A DNA stretch of 62,641 nt, filler included, from Sphacelaria rigidula (Eukaryota), in NCBI GenBank assembly GCA_964200075.2. It is 7 parts of 7 records of this genome, joined end to end, with 100 filler letters (N's around TTAATTAATTAA, not from the genome) between each part and the next. Parts side by side here need not be neighbours in the genome. Positions count along the whole stretch, not along the records: positions 1 to 8,864 come from CAXNAA020009902.1; positions 8,965 to 17,827 come from CAXNAA020009903.1; 5 more parts are not named here. The stretch is one strand, 5' to 3'. The notes under the pieces are model-generated. The model ran no database searches. It was not told the DNA's origin and saw only the letters and a program-made list of their open reading frames with translations. Positions 1-10,549 of this stretch are shown here, piece by piece (positions within the stretch are counted from its first letter, which is position 1; each line of letters starts with the position of its first letter). Made by a program: the position numbers and the translations under genes.

Positions 1-756
1 AACGGGTTCTTTCCTTCCCCCCCCCCCCCCCCGTCCCCAAAATTCCCGACTTTATCGGAAGAATACTTTTTTTTTCCACCAGGTAAGACAATACATTGAT
101 TTTTGGACTGTCTACAAAAAGTTGTCCGAAATGTAGGATTGGACCCTCCTTCAGCGATTGTTTGTCGTGAAGGTTATTGGAGAGAACCAACACTATTGAT
201 GAGTAGTAAGCAGCAGCGCGGCGGGTACAGTACAGTACGACGAACGGAGTGCTGTCATGTCCTGCCGGTCGCAAGAAAATCAGTGCTGCGTTTTTTTTCT
301 TGTTCGCTTGTTTTTGAACTGCACGTTTTTTTTTTTTTACGTCCCCAACTTTTTCTCGCTGAACACTCCGAGGAAGCATGTGAATATGCACACGATTATA
401 TTAAAAGCAGCAATACATTCGTTCTGGTGGGAATTCATGTGTTACGTAAAAACCGTTTCAAAAACGGCATTTTTGGGGGGCATTATTTTGATTCGTTGTG
501 GATATCGTGAGGTTTGCCAGAGTGGATATAAGAACAGTTTCGGGTTTTCCTCTTGTTGTCAGCCGTGCGTTTTCGGAAACGAGCAAGTGGAGAAGATATT
601 CAACGACGAAAACTGTTTGTCGTTTTATATCGATGTCGACAAAAATGTCCCGAGTTTTCTCCCTCAGCGTTGGTACAGGGTTGTCCCGAGTTTACTCCAA
701 TGATGTGGGTATTAAATTGTTCCGATTTTGCCCCCCTTAAAGTTTGTGGTGCGTTA

Positions 757-1244
757 GGCCGCTTCTTTTAGACTGGGAAAAATTCTCTCTGAGAGCTGCC
801 CTTATGAAGATTTCATCACGAATTATTGGCCGAATATGGGCCTAGGCGGATTTGGCCTCTTCCGAAAGATTGGCGATGTTTTTCACGAGGAGTCTAGCGC
901 ACTTCACCGATTGTTTGTACGCCCAGTTTTACTCTTGACCGGATTCTGGATTTTTTCAGTCACCCCCCAAATCGTCCAGTTGTCGGGAAAAAGACGAATT
1001 GTACTTACTTTTTCCCGACGAGTCGAATGTTTTTGGGGCGACTGAAACAATCCAGAATCCGGCCAAGAGTAAAAATGGGCGTACGAAAGATCGGACAAGC
1101 GTACTGGAATCCTTGTGAAAAATATAGCAAATGTTTCCGAGGAGGCCCAATCCGCCAAGGCCCGTATTCCGCCAATAATACGTGACGAAAGGTTTAAAGG
1201 GGCAGTTCTCAGGGATAATTTTTATCAGTCTGGAAGGAGCGGCC
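757..1244. mobile_element. Fold-back MITE, Tourist/PIF-Harbinger-like (family A, copy 1)
   Basis: Arms are reverse complements along most of the length, centre near 1000. Termini GGCC...GGCC; 3-bp flanks tta/ttg. Terminal GGCCGCTCCTT is shared with the copy at 36777. Confidence 0.8.
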
Positions 1245-2028
1245 TTGTTATAAATACGTGGTATTGTGAGGAAGGCGTATCGCTAGGATAGACAGACGTA
1301 GGAGGAGGCTGTCTTGGGAGATGTCGTCCTGACACCCAAGGCACTCCAAGGCTGGCGATGATTTCCTCTCGTATGCGCAGGCAAGAAGTTGGATCAGACG
1401 AGAAGTGGTCGCCTGGGGCGAACAGTTCCTCGGGGGATATTGGACAGTCCTATTATTAGGCTCTTCCTGGCATCACCCCGAGTTATCTAGTTTCGTTGGC
1501 ATTACAAGGTCCTCGGTAATCTGGTCCTTCCGGACCGTTCCTACCTTGTCCCTGCTTGGGCTGGTTCTTCATACGTGTGTGTGGCATCATTCTCTGATTT
1601 ATCACTGCAAAAGAGGTGTCTTCCACAACAGTATATCAAGACTCCTGATGGCTAGCTGTTGTTCGTTGTTAGCAATGTTGACACAAATGTGTCGAAAATT
1701 TCACCTCCCCGATGTTCGAGTGCGTTCTCAGGAACAAGCAATGAATGACCGGAGCTGTATTTTTTTCTAATTACTAACAAATGTTGAAGATGTTCCGAAA
1801 TCACCTCCATCATTGATGCTGGCGTGTATCTCCAAACATGGACAATGACGACTGCCAACAGGAGTTGTGTTCGTCGTTGATGCAGATCTTGACGAAAATA
1901 TTCCGATTTTTCTCCCTTGATACTGTCGTGCTTCCTTGAAAGAAGATGAAGACTGCTAACGACTGCTGTGTTGTCTTTCGTTGATGGTAAATCCTGACGA
2001 CTGTGTCCGGATTTTTTAGGCTAATTAA

Positions 2029-2333
2029 CTGGCGTTGGGCTACAAATGTCCATGGTTGACACATTGTTACAAGTACCGCTACCCTTAACCCCAACCCCAA
2101 CCAAACGAATACCGAGAACCCTCGGGCAAGGGCTGTGGTACATACTATTCCCTAGGCAAAGTGCGGCCTTGGTAGACCCCAAATCGGCGCCTCTGGCGCC
2201 GATTTCAACGAAAACGCGTTCTGCGCACGCGAGGAGCACACGGGACTGTCGGCCCTACTAAAGATCTGATTCTCGTTGTACACACTCGAATCAAGTAATG
2301 TGTCAACCATGAACATTTGTAGCCCAACGCCGG
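2029..2333 (-). mobile_element. Non-autonomous TIR element with TTAA target site (piggyBac-like), carrying degenerate TTAGGG-like repeats
   Basis: TTAA at 2025-2028 and 2334-2337. About 37-bp TIR: ctggcgttgggctacaaatgtccatggttgacacatt versus aatgtgtcaaccatgaacatttgtagcccaacgccgg. Interior is homologous to 20145-20355. Confidence 0.75.
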
Positions 2334-2954
2334 TTAACTCTACTGCAATTTTTTCGCCATCGATATCGCCGGGCGTCGTCAGAGATAGGTGATGCCGGCT
2401 CCTGACTGGAGTTGTTTTCCGTCGATGGTGATGTTGGGAAAAAAATTCGGTGTTTCTCCGTCGATGTTGGAATAAGCGATGGAGCCTCCTCGCCGTTTTT
2501 TTATTTTTTTTCTGTTTGATAGTGATCTGGACACTTATCGTTCCGATTCGGCTTCTTCCCTTTTTGGTGTGCGTTGTCAGGAATGGGCGATGAAAAAACT
2601 TCCATTTGCAGATGTATTTCCTCGTTGATGGCGATGAAGACAATAATAAAACGTTCCGAATTGGCTTCCTTTTTTTTTTTTTAATCACTTTTTTTTTTGG
2701 CGCGCTTGTCCTCTAGTATAAGCGATCAAGGCATCCTTTCAACTGCAGCTGTATTTTTTTTATATGAAAATGTTTTGACGAGGGTTTTCCCGAACTTGCG
2801 TCCTCAGGAACAAGCGGTGGCACTCTGAACGGCTCAACGACCTCTACACGCATCCCGGTGACGTTAATCAGCGCTTCGTCAGCAGGTTCTAAGCGTCAGG
2901 TGTGCCTCTTGTGTGCTAATCTCTGAAGAATATATGATCCATTAGTTACGGATT

Positions 2955-3260
2955 GATTGATTTTTATTTTATTTAATCGATTGACAGTCGTTCTTTAACT
3001 GACCGCCCAGGGGTCATGATCCAGCCGTGGTCACATGATGGGCGTACCCAAGAAGAAAAAACTGAAACACTCGCTGAAGAAAACGAAGGAACAGAAAAGG
3101 GTCGAACAGGACGACATAGTAGACCAAGACGAGAAAAAAAACGAATAAAAAGTAAAAAAAAAAAAAGCACACAAAGTAAATGGTCGATCTGAAACAAGAA
3201 AGGAAAATACAAGAAAAGGAACGAGCAAAAAATAATATATAAGAAAAAGCGTATGTAGCA
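2955..3260 (-). mobile_element. 3' end of a non-LTR retroposon (pyrimidine-rich body, TGACCACGGCTGG motif, AATC-type tail)
   Basis: On the minus strand a T-rich tract leads into tgaccacggctggatc...aatcaatcaatc. Same architecture as 18800-19017 and 41370-41678. Confidence 0.55.
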
Positions 3261-3264
3261 TGAG

Positions 3265-3267
<3 letters not shown>

Positions 3268-3316
<49 letters not shown>

Positions 3317-3345
3317 CCACCACCACCACCACTACTACTACTACT
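3268..3345. repeat. Compound trinucleotide microsatellite (GCT)n(CAC)n(TAC)n
   Basis: Directly visible. Confidence 0.95.
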
Positions 3346-4762
3346 GTCGCTGCTGCTCACACCTTGGATAATAGGAGCAATGCAGGCTGGTTCAGGGTGA
3401 AGATGCCCCCAAAAATATTCCCCATTAGATACAGAGTGCAAAACTGATCCGATTGAAACATATTTGGTAACATAGCGACCCCTACAAGCAAGTAAACAGT
3501 ATGACATAGCCGGGACTTTCTTGCCTCCTTTGCTGTGGCGTTAGTAAGTGAAAATGTTTCTCGACCAATCAGGGTACTTCAAACTGTCTTGAAGTTGAAA
3601 ATACGAACACCCGACACGCTTCATCTCAACTCATCGTAAATCAAACCTTAGTATCCACCATCAGCTAGGGAATCCAAGTGAATCTTACTGGGAAAAAGAT
3701 TCGAAAACTGTTTGTATGAGATCGAACTACATCCCAAACCGTGGTATTTCGGTGATGCGGGGTGTTGGCGTCGCCGGATTTTGTACTGATGATACGCATC
3801 GAAGATCCATTAAGCGTCGTGACGATGTCCATGATACCTCTCATGGAAAAAAGTCCGATCATGCTCAAACTTGGCAGTTTGGTAGATATAGGCGTCCCAA
3901 ATGGAGAAGAAAAAGAAAAAGTATTTCGGGAATATTTTCAAATGTATCCGCTCTCTAACGGCTTCCGGGGTTCCCAGCGCAAATACCCCCATAAGCCGGT
4001 ACAAAATGCTTCGGAACGAGAAATGCAAATTTTACTCGTCACGAGGTATTCCCAGGAACGTCTGCACGAAGTTTCGTTGCGTAGCTCGGAAAACTGATCC
4101 CAAAAACTGATCGACGCAAGGTTCAACGCGCAGGGAAAAGTCGGTTTGATACTAGAACCGAGTCATTACGGTGTTGGGAATATTTCGTACCTGAACCCTA
4201 ATAAGGGCAATATCTCACGCTGATTTTTTGGATATTTTCACCCCGGAATTTTGCACACGACGTGTGCCATACGAAGCATGTTTCGAAACTTTTCACTAAA
4301 TTTTTTTTTTCGTTTATTTCTTTCCGCCAGATATCCGGGGTCCCACGAGACCGTGTGGTCCGTGAGAGCCCGGACATCTGGCGGAAGAAAGAGAAATTGC
4401 CACTCATAGAGGGTCTTGCAAAATCCCATAGTCCATGTGGGCTAGAGTTCAGGGTCTATAACTTCAACAAGCCGGGAGAGAAATTGCGGGGGAATAATAT
4501 TTGGGCGTTCGCCCTGAACCAGCCTGAGCTGCTGTACGCATGTCGGTTTACGGACAAAACCACTTTATTCTCCTTTTCCCTCCACCGCCTTAATAGGATG
4601 AGGGATCAGCACGAGAGTATTGAAATGAATCATGGTCATACCCCGGATCACAGTCTTGTTGGGGAAGAGGTCGATGAAGTCATGATAGAATTTATGCAAA
4701 CAGGCTAACGTGTGAGTGTGTCATTATTTTCATTAACACCCCCCCCCCCCCCCCCCTCCCCC

Positions 4763-5384
4763 GGGTACACGGCAAAAGTAAGAGATATGATCGACGTAGG
4801 GGAAAAAAAAGCGCTCACACGCAAGGTAGACGAGGAAGAACACCTGGAAATATACGGGTGGTTGAGAGAAGGGATCAGAATGAAAGCTTATTTGCATGGC
4901 CCAATGAACGCTGCGAAAAATATGAAATTGCCATTTCGGGTGGGGGACCTGGACCTGCCAGAAGGAAAGAAGAGATATACCAGCAGTCGTGTGGAGGAGG
5001 AAGTAGATGGACAGAACTGCCTCTATGGCAAGGGAATAGAGAGCAGAAGTCATATAGTGGCAGAATGTGAACTATACAAGGAGGAACGGGACGTGCTAGA
5101 GGGGGGAATGCGGGACGTGAACAAAGATAGCATGAAATGGTTTGATGCATTAGACAGTAGGGAGAGAACGATGGCTATACTAGGAGATACTGTAGATGGT
5201 GGCCAGAGACGGCGAACCGGGACGTGGATAAGATATGTAAAAGGTTTTTGTGCAATGTATGGAAGAAACATAATAAGCGCCGGAATGTTGGACGCGTCTC
5301 TACTAGGAGTAGGAACGATGCTCCGTCTCGAAAGGGATGCGTGGTCAATGGCCACACGACTAAGGCAAGCAACGAATGAGTACG
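4763..5384 (+). mobile_element. 5'-truncated LINE, degenerate ORF2 C-terminus with CCHC-type zinc knuckle, inserted in a poly(C) tract
   Basis: Translation includes QNCLYGKGIESRSHIVAECELYKEER. Flanked by duplicated CCCCCTCCCCC (4752-4762 and 5385-5395). Ends ...AATGAGTACG with no poly(A). The 3' region recurs four more times in the window. Confidence 0.8.
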
Positions 5385-5440
5385 CCCCCTCCCCCCACGC
5401 GCGCGCGCGTGATGGTTCTGTGTAATTCTGACACGTGAAG

Positions 5441-8400
5441 GTTATAGACCACGAGCAATTCGAGGACGCCCACACCCTGCTGTCCAGCTCAAGGCTCGTG
5501 TACATCCGAGCGCAGGACGAGGATCGGCAAGCTAAGGCCGGTCGCATATCATCCCTCGTAGATCTTGCGGAAGAAGCAAGTGCCGCACTGCGCGAGCTGC
5601 ACTATGCTGACGCGGAGAGTATCATAGCGCGTGGTATAGAAGAGCGGGAATCCCTATCGGCAGAGCGACCCTTGTCTCTGCAATGCCCGAACTGTTCCTT
5701 GTTTCGAGGAGAAGGACAGGATGCCGCGAGGCAGGTTGTGTTGTCCAGGGCTCGTGCTGGTGGTACGGAGGACCGTGTCACGGCCTTGTCTTGGTTAGAG
5801 AGGGGGCAATTTGAGGCCGCCAAGGCTGCAGCTGCGTCTTCTGCGAAGAGATTTGCGTGGTGGGCTGAACATGGTGGCGGGGGTGAGTGTAATTTATGTA
5901 CACCATAAACGGACGATTGTTGGATGGCAATAAGAAGTGTTGTGCACCGGATACACATGAGTAATCCAAGTCTTGGTGGTAGTTTTTTTGTGCGATTATA
6001 ATTATATTGATAGCGAACGTAACCGAAGTGAATGCTGCGTCGATCAATACTGCTTTGTTCGAGTGCTTATTGGTGTAACACGATAAGAACCGATTGTTAA
6101 AACGTTGTAAATTTGTCGTAAATAACACGTATTGTTGTTGGATTACTTTGACACTTTCTTCGATAGCCCCCCCCAAACACCAGCCAAAACGTGTAACGAA
6201 AAAATGGCCATACAGCGTCTGATATTTGGGTTCAGGGTTGCATGAAGCGTCTCATATGGGCGACATTCGCGAGAACGAACCCAAGCGTGGGAATTCCCAG
6301 CTGCTCGCTGTGTTCGGCGTTTTACATTTTGATTTGCGTGAAGATGTTGTCTCCCCAAACCAGGCACTTTTGAGGGGGGAGCTACAGTAGAAAGTGTCCT
6401 TTCCTTTCCGATATTATCAAATGTGACGTAGTTGAATGGTTCATTCATTGACACTGATTTGTTTGAAAAACGCGGTATATTCATCGCAGATGATTAAATG
6501 ATTCCAGGTTGTTTCCAACCACCGATTCTGATTGAGTGTCAGACATGACGCAGATGAACGATCTATGTACCAATAAATATTTGTATGAACATTTGCTGAA
6601 AAAGGAATAGGTTATGAAAAATATGTGAACGTCAGAACAGAGACTGTTCTGACCGATTCCCAAGTATATACATGCATAAATAGGCGATAAACAGATGTGT
6701 CGATGCCAGTCAAATCAACGTCATAGGTCACTCTCCTGGGCATCTCATCTCTCGTCCGAAGGCTGACCGGAGCACCGTATATTACACATTTTACCATCAT
6801 ATGAGTGTCACGTGTGTTGTCCATAGCCCGTTGCGAACATCGTATATCACTTGAACTGAAGGCTAGTATTCGACATTCGTTCCGCCGTGACAGCGACCAG
6901 CGGTGACGACGACCGAGCGTCGGTCATCGGTGCGTCAGAAGAACTGACCAAGACGATAGCCACGGCGTTGGGTAACGCACACGCCCAGAAACGCATGAAG
7001 GACGCTTGTCGTCTGAGGGCAGCTAAAGACTTCGTAGGGGCGGTGCATGCGGTTCGAGCGGCCGCAAAACTTTTCGATAACATGGGACTGGTAGCCCGGG
7101 CAGCGGCCGCGCTCGCCGAAGCAAACCGCACGGAGGCGGAGGCCTTAGTGCTGGAGTCGGAAACATTATACGAAGACGGTGCGTTCGAGGCTATCCTGCA
7201 TCGTCTACAGCGCGCAGAAACGATGTTTTTGACAAATGCTTGCACCGAAGAGGAGCAGAGCGTGATAGAGCCGTCTTTATTATCATGCGACGGACATGCG
7301 ATCGCGGGTATCGATGGCATAGATGGAAGCTCTGGTGAAGACAACAACGACCCCATATTGGCACCAGAAGGGCCGAGACGCGATATCGATGACCTCAATA
7401 GGTTTCGGTCTCGCGTCGAGGGAGACAAAGTTATGCTGGGGGTTGAGCCGGCCCTCGCCGCACGCGACTACGACCTCGCCCTCCACCTCATGGTTGAAGC
7501 TGACAGTCACTACGCCAACACCATCAGAGATGGAATAGAAGGGGGTAGATGGGCGACATCCGCTACCCTACGGGACGGCAATAAGGGTGCAGCCGTGGGG
7601 TTGCCACCGAAAGAGGCGATACTCAAGCGAGCGAGCCAGGACGGTGAGCGGCTAAGGAAGGAAGCGGCCCATGCTATTCAAAAAGAGAAGGACCCAATAA
7701 AAGCGACGGAGCTGCTGTCGGCGGCGGAGGCGTGTATTGCGTGGGCTGGAGGGGATCCCGTCGCCGCCGGCGTTGCAACTGTCGCAAAGGACATCAACGT
7801 GTTTCAGAGTCGCGCCTCTGGGGACGAGATCTGCCGAGAGCTGATCCACGTGCTCTTGAAAAAGGACTTTGAGCGCGCCAACGTCATGCTCCAGGAAGCT
7901 TTAGATCGGTATCGGCAGGTAGGGATCCCATGTATCGCATGTCATACTCCAACGTTAATCATAGTGTGCTATCACCGTCGCCTGATCTCGCCACTCGTGA
8001 CGCGCTCTGTGCCATTGTGTCGATGAAGCACGATATTTGACCACTCTCAAGTGCTGCTTGAAATTCTGCCTGGATAGGTTGCTAGGAATGCATCCATTTC
8101 TATGGACACGTCCTAACGTGTACATTTACCGTTAATAATGAACAGGGTGACGCCTTCAAGCAAATAGCAGATACTCGGGCGGTGATGTTTTGCGTGGAGA
8201 GGGAACCGCGACTTTGCTCCGATGTCGTCTCGGCCGTGACTAACCGCAACCCTGCATCGGTGGGTGACTGTGAAAATTTAGATAACGCGTACCTTTGATA
8301 ATAAAACACGTCGTTAGGCGAAGCGCCTACATGCAGGGTAAGGGCAACATAGATACAAACATTCTTGAGTCGCCATGCGTGAGTTGCCAGCAATACCGAC

Positions 8401-8716
8401 AGAACGCGTGTAAGAAAAATATACGATCCTGCTTTATCAGGTGATCATGAGAGAGATCCTCACGCCTGTCTCCATCCTGGGCTGCTCGCAAGTCGTTGCG
8501 CTAGAGTACGCGTGAACTCAACCCCTGCTCTGAACTATCAATTCATCTCTCAATATAGGCCTTGAAGGTGCTCGAAGAATCCCGCCCGGTGTTCGAGATG
8601 GCCGCAGAAATGGAGTCAGTAGTTTTTCGCGACGTCTCTAAGTTCATGGGGCTCAAGCACAAACACATCACCGTGCTCTGTGCCTTGTGTCGAGCGTGGT
8701 CACATTGCGTCAGCCG
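5441..8716 (+). CDS. Partial multi-exon gene, large Ala/Glu-rich alpha-helical (TPR-like?) protein of unknown function
   Basis: Candidate exons: 5441-5882 (AG..GTGAGT); 6867 or 6894 to 7918 (long open frame ending CAG|GTAGGG); possibly 8559-8716. Phases are compatible. No diagnostic motif recognised. Confidence 0.6.
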
Positions 8717-8864
8717 GTGAGCTAATAGTTCTTCGAGTGGCCACTTTTCCCCCCACCAAAACGGCTCTGATTAGACACCCATGAGGCAGTGTAAAAGCCG
8801 TGGCTGTCTCTGGAAGTGGCGATACCATAGAATACAGCAAATCACTGTTGGCTGTGATCCGAAT

Positions 8865-8964
8865 NNNNNNNNNNNNNNNNNNNNNNNNNNNNNNNNNNNN
8901 NNNNNNNNTTAATTAATTAANNNNNNNNNNNNNNNNNNNNNNNNNNNNNNNNNNNNNNNNNNNN
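8865..8964. other. Artificial contig linker (N44-TTAATTAATTAA-N44)
   Basis: Identical 100-bp linkers also at 17828-17927, 26791-26890, 35754-35853, 44717-44816 and 53680-53779. The 12-mer has stop codons in all six frames. Confidence 0.98.
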
Positions 8965-9632
8965 GACAATTTTTTTCCCTTCGGAAAGGGGCAAAAAAAC
9001 GGCCATTTTTGGGCCGACTACTTTTTTTGCAGCCGTTTGGCGGCATGGTTCAAGCACGAGCTGCGAATTTCAAACACGTTTTCTTCGACAAAAAAACACC
9101 GTAGAGTTCATGAAAAAAACAGAAAAGGATCGAACATCGTTAAGGGCCCGTAAAAATGTAGGTACATTTACTTGTGGAACAGAGGAAGTATCAATACTTT
9201 CCACTTTTTCTGCTTGGTTATGGCCTAGCGAGGTCCCACTCAAAGATTCAAAACACAAGTGCCGAACCTGGGCCCCTTACCGGCCTGGAAAATATTGTTC
9301 CGAATTTCCCCCGGCCCAGTTTCTGAATCGCCCCCGCTCACCTCAATTTGAGAGCTAGACTTCGAAATTTGGTGCGGAGGAAGAATAGGGTATGCTCAAA
9401 CGCTGTCGCTCAGGACGAGCACTTTTTTTTTTCGTGAGTTGACAGTATTTTTCAGATATTTAGATACTGATTATTGCCATTAACTCACGAAAAAAAAATC
9501 CGCTCGTCCCGAGGGACAGCGTATCGGCATGGCCTATGCTTTCTCCGTACCAAAGTTCGGAGTCAAACTCGCAAAAATGAGGTGAGACGGGGTCTGCAAA
9601 CCACAAATTCGCGTCTTGGCCGGCCCAGCCTG
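8965..9632. mobile_element. Partial Tc1/mariner-like MITE (family B) with subterminal hairpin
   Basis: Right end ggccggcccagcctg|TA resembles the TIR of 41796-43026. Internal inverted repeat about 9331-9440 / 9480-9593. Left part is cut by the contig edge. Confidence 0.65.
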
Positions 9633-10549
9633 TAGCCAGTCCAAAAGTTCACCCTTGATCTTTTTGGTGTTCGAGAGTACCGATACAATAGTACTACTTC
9701 GTCGGGTTTGCGTACTCCTGCAAGTAATGATACACTGTCGCTACGGCTACGCAGAGCTGAGATACGCAAACAATTTTCATCCATGCATCGTCTCTGGCTG
9801 TGTTGCCCTCAATTGCATCGTTTCAACTGCACGGTCTGTATGTCCGCACTTTCGCTTCTCTTCGATCAATGGCGACGGTGAAGTGTACAGTGTATCATCG
9901 CTCCTCGCTTCACGCGATCTACGCTGTTTGTGGGGTGGGTGGGGGGTGGGTGTGCCCGGTGCCATGCTGTGCTTGGTGCAGCTCTCTTGGCAACGCTGAA
10001 GGGGACACGCGTGTCGAAGACTGCTCCAGGAACAGTCTCGTGTATTTTCAACCATCATCCCAGAAGAACGATGGGGTATGCCAGGCAACATTTGGCGACA
10101 CAAGGCAACACGGCTTGGATTTGTTGCTATGACTGGTCAACAGACCCATTGTTCGAGAGAGATTTTGGGTTTTTCATCGGTTTTGAGATTTCCTGATGGT
10201 GGGCTTCAGAAGCTCTTCGGAAAACCTCGGAGCCCGCTCCACCTCTCCCATCGAAAACCACACCCCTCGAAACCCTTTGATTACCCTGTACTCTCAGCTG
10301 GTGAGACTATTCCGAGACGAAGCTGGCGGTGAAGGGCAGTACCCTTTTTACCTTAGCGTGGCGCTTGTGTTACAGAATTTAAAAACCGACCTCGACTTGA
10401 AGTTGGAGAATTTGTGTCCACCACCAGCAACGAATATGCTTCCGAATCGACCAGCAGCGAACGATATCACAATCGATACTTGCGCAGTACAAGTGATTCA
10501 TACGCGGACCCCAGCTACCACATACAACAGCTTCTGGGCAGTGCTCGCC

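Noticed and set aside
1260-2900. Coding-like minus-strand relic interrupted by a MITE
   Set aside because: Probably a decayed retroelement, but no diagnostic motif could be read.
8909-8920. TTAATTAATTAA recurring every 8963 bp
   Set aside because: Always centred in N runs; an assembly linker, not a biological periodic repeat.
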